Shown piece after piece: positions 63,758-64,000 of a DNA stretch of 64,000 bases (positions are counted from its first letter, which is position 1; each line of letters starts with the position of its first letter). A program made the translations under genes and the position numbers. The notes below the pieces were generated by a model. The model saw only the letters and a list, made by a program, of their open reading frames with translations, was not told the origin of the DNA and ran no database searches. This DNA is from Octopus sinensis. Its lineage: Eukaryota. The stretch is from contig NC_043013.1 in assembly GCF_006345805.1 (NCBI RefSeq), positions 45,322,001 through 45,386,000 of the forward strand, written 5' to 3'.

Positions 63758-64000
63758 GGAGACCCGCTTCGGTCAAGAATGACCTTGGGATTGCACCTAG
63801 AAAGTTCTCCTACAAGGCACAAGTCCGGGCAAGGTTGTTTATGGAAGACCAGCAGTCGCCCATGCATACCGGCCACCCCTCTCCACACCACCGATGTTAT
63901 CCAAGGGAAGGGCAAAGGGGCCGATACATCTTGGCACCTGTGACGTCGCAACTCATTTCTACAGCTGAGTGAACTGGAGCAACGTGAAATAAAGTGTCTT
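63758..64000 (-). mobile_element. SINE family D (head cut by window edge)
   Basis: Matches 38105-38350. Confidence 0.85.

Overview
Eukaryotic, AT-rich, repeat-dominated DNA. It is most likely a coleoid cephalopod (Octopus-like), inferred from the tRNA-derived SINE families and the extreme microsatellite load; I cannot confirm this without a search. There is no long host coding region, and almost all listed ORFs are translations of microsatellites or SINEs. Supported features: a tRNA-Thr(TGT)-like gene; several modular tRNA-derived SINE families (my labels A-E) in dozens of copies; a family of GG-ended MITEs with 8-bp TSDs (Merlin-like) carrying internal TTAGGG repeats; one hAT MITE; two non-autonomous Helitrons; two HINE/Helentron-like elements; mariner remnants; RTE, R4/Dong-like, CR1-like and Penelope-like fragments; and a frameshifted, truncated Chapaev3-type transposase. 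Best leads: a pair of paralogous minus-strand exon-like segments (MTEWSTLKNL and MHSTLKNA, both phase-2 donors), an 80-nt pre-miRNA/MADE-like hairpin, a fold-back element with a telomeric-repeat loop, a ~290-bp palindrome, inverted SINE pairs (dsRNA/ADAR candidates) and head/body/tail shuffling among SINEs. Coordinates were read by eye: TSD-bounded elements are exact to a few bases, and degenerate elements are approximate.
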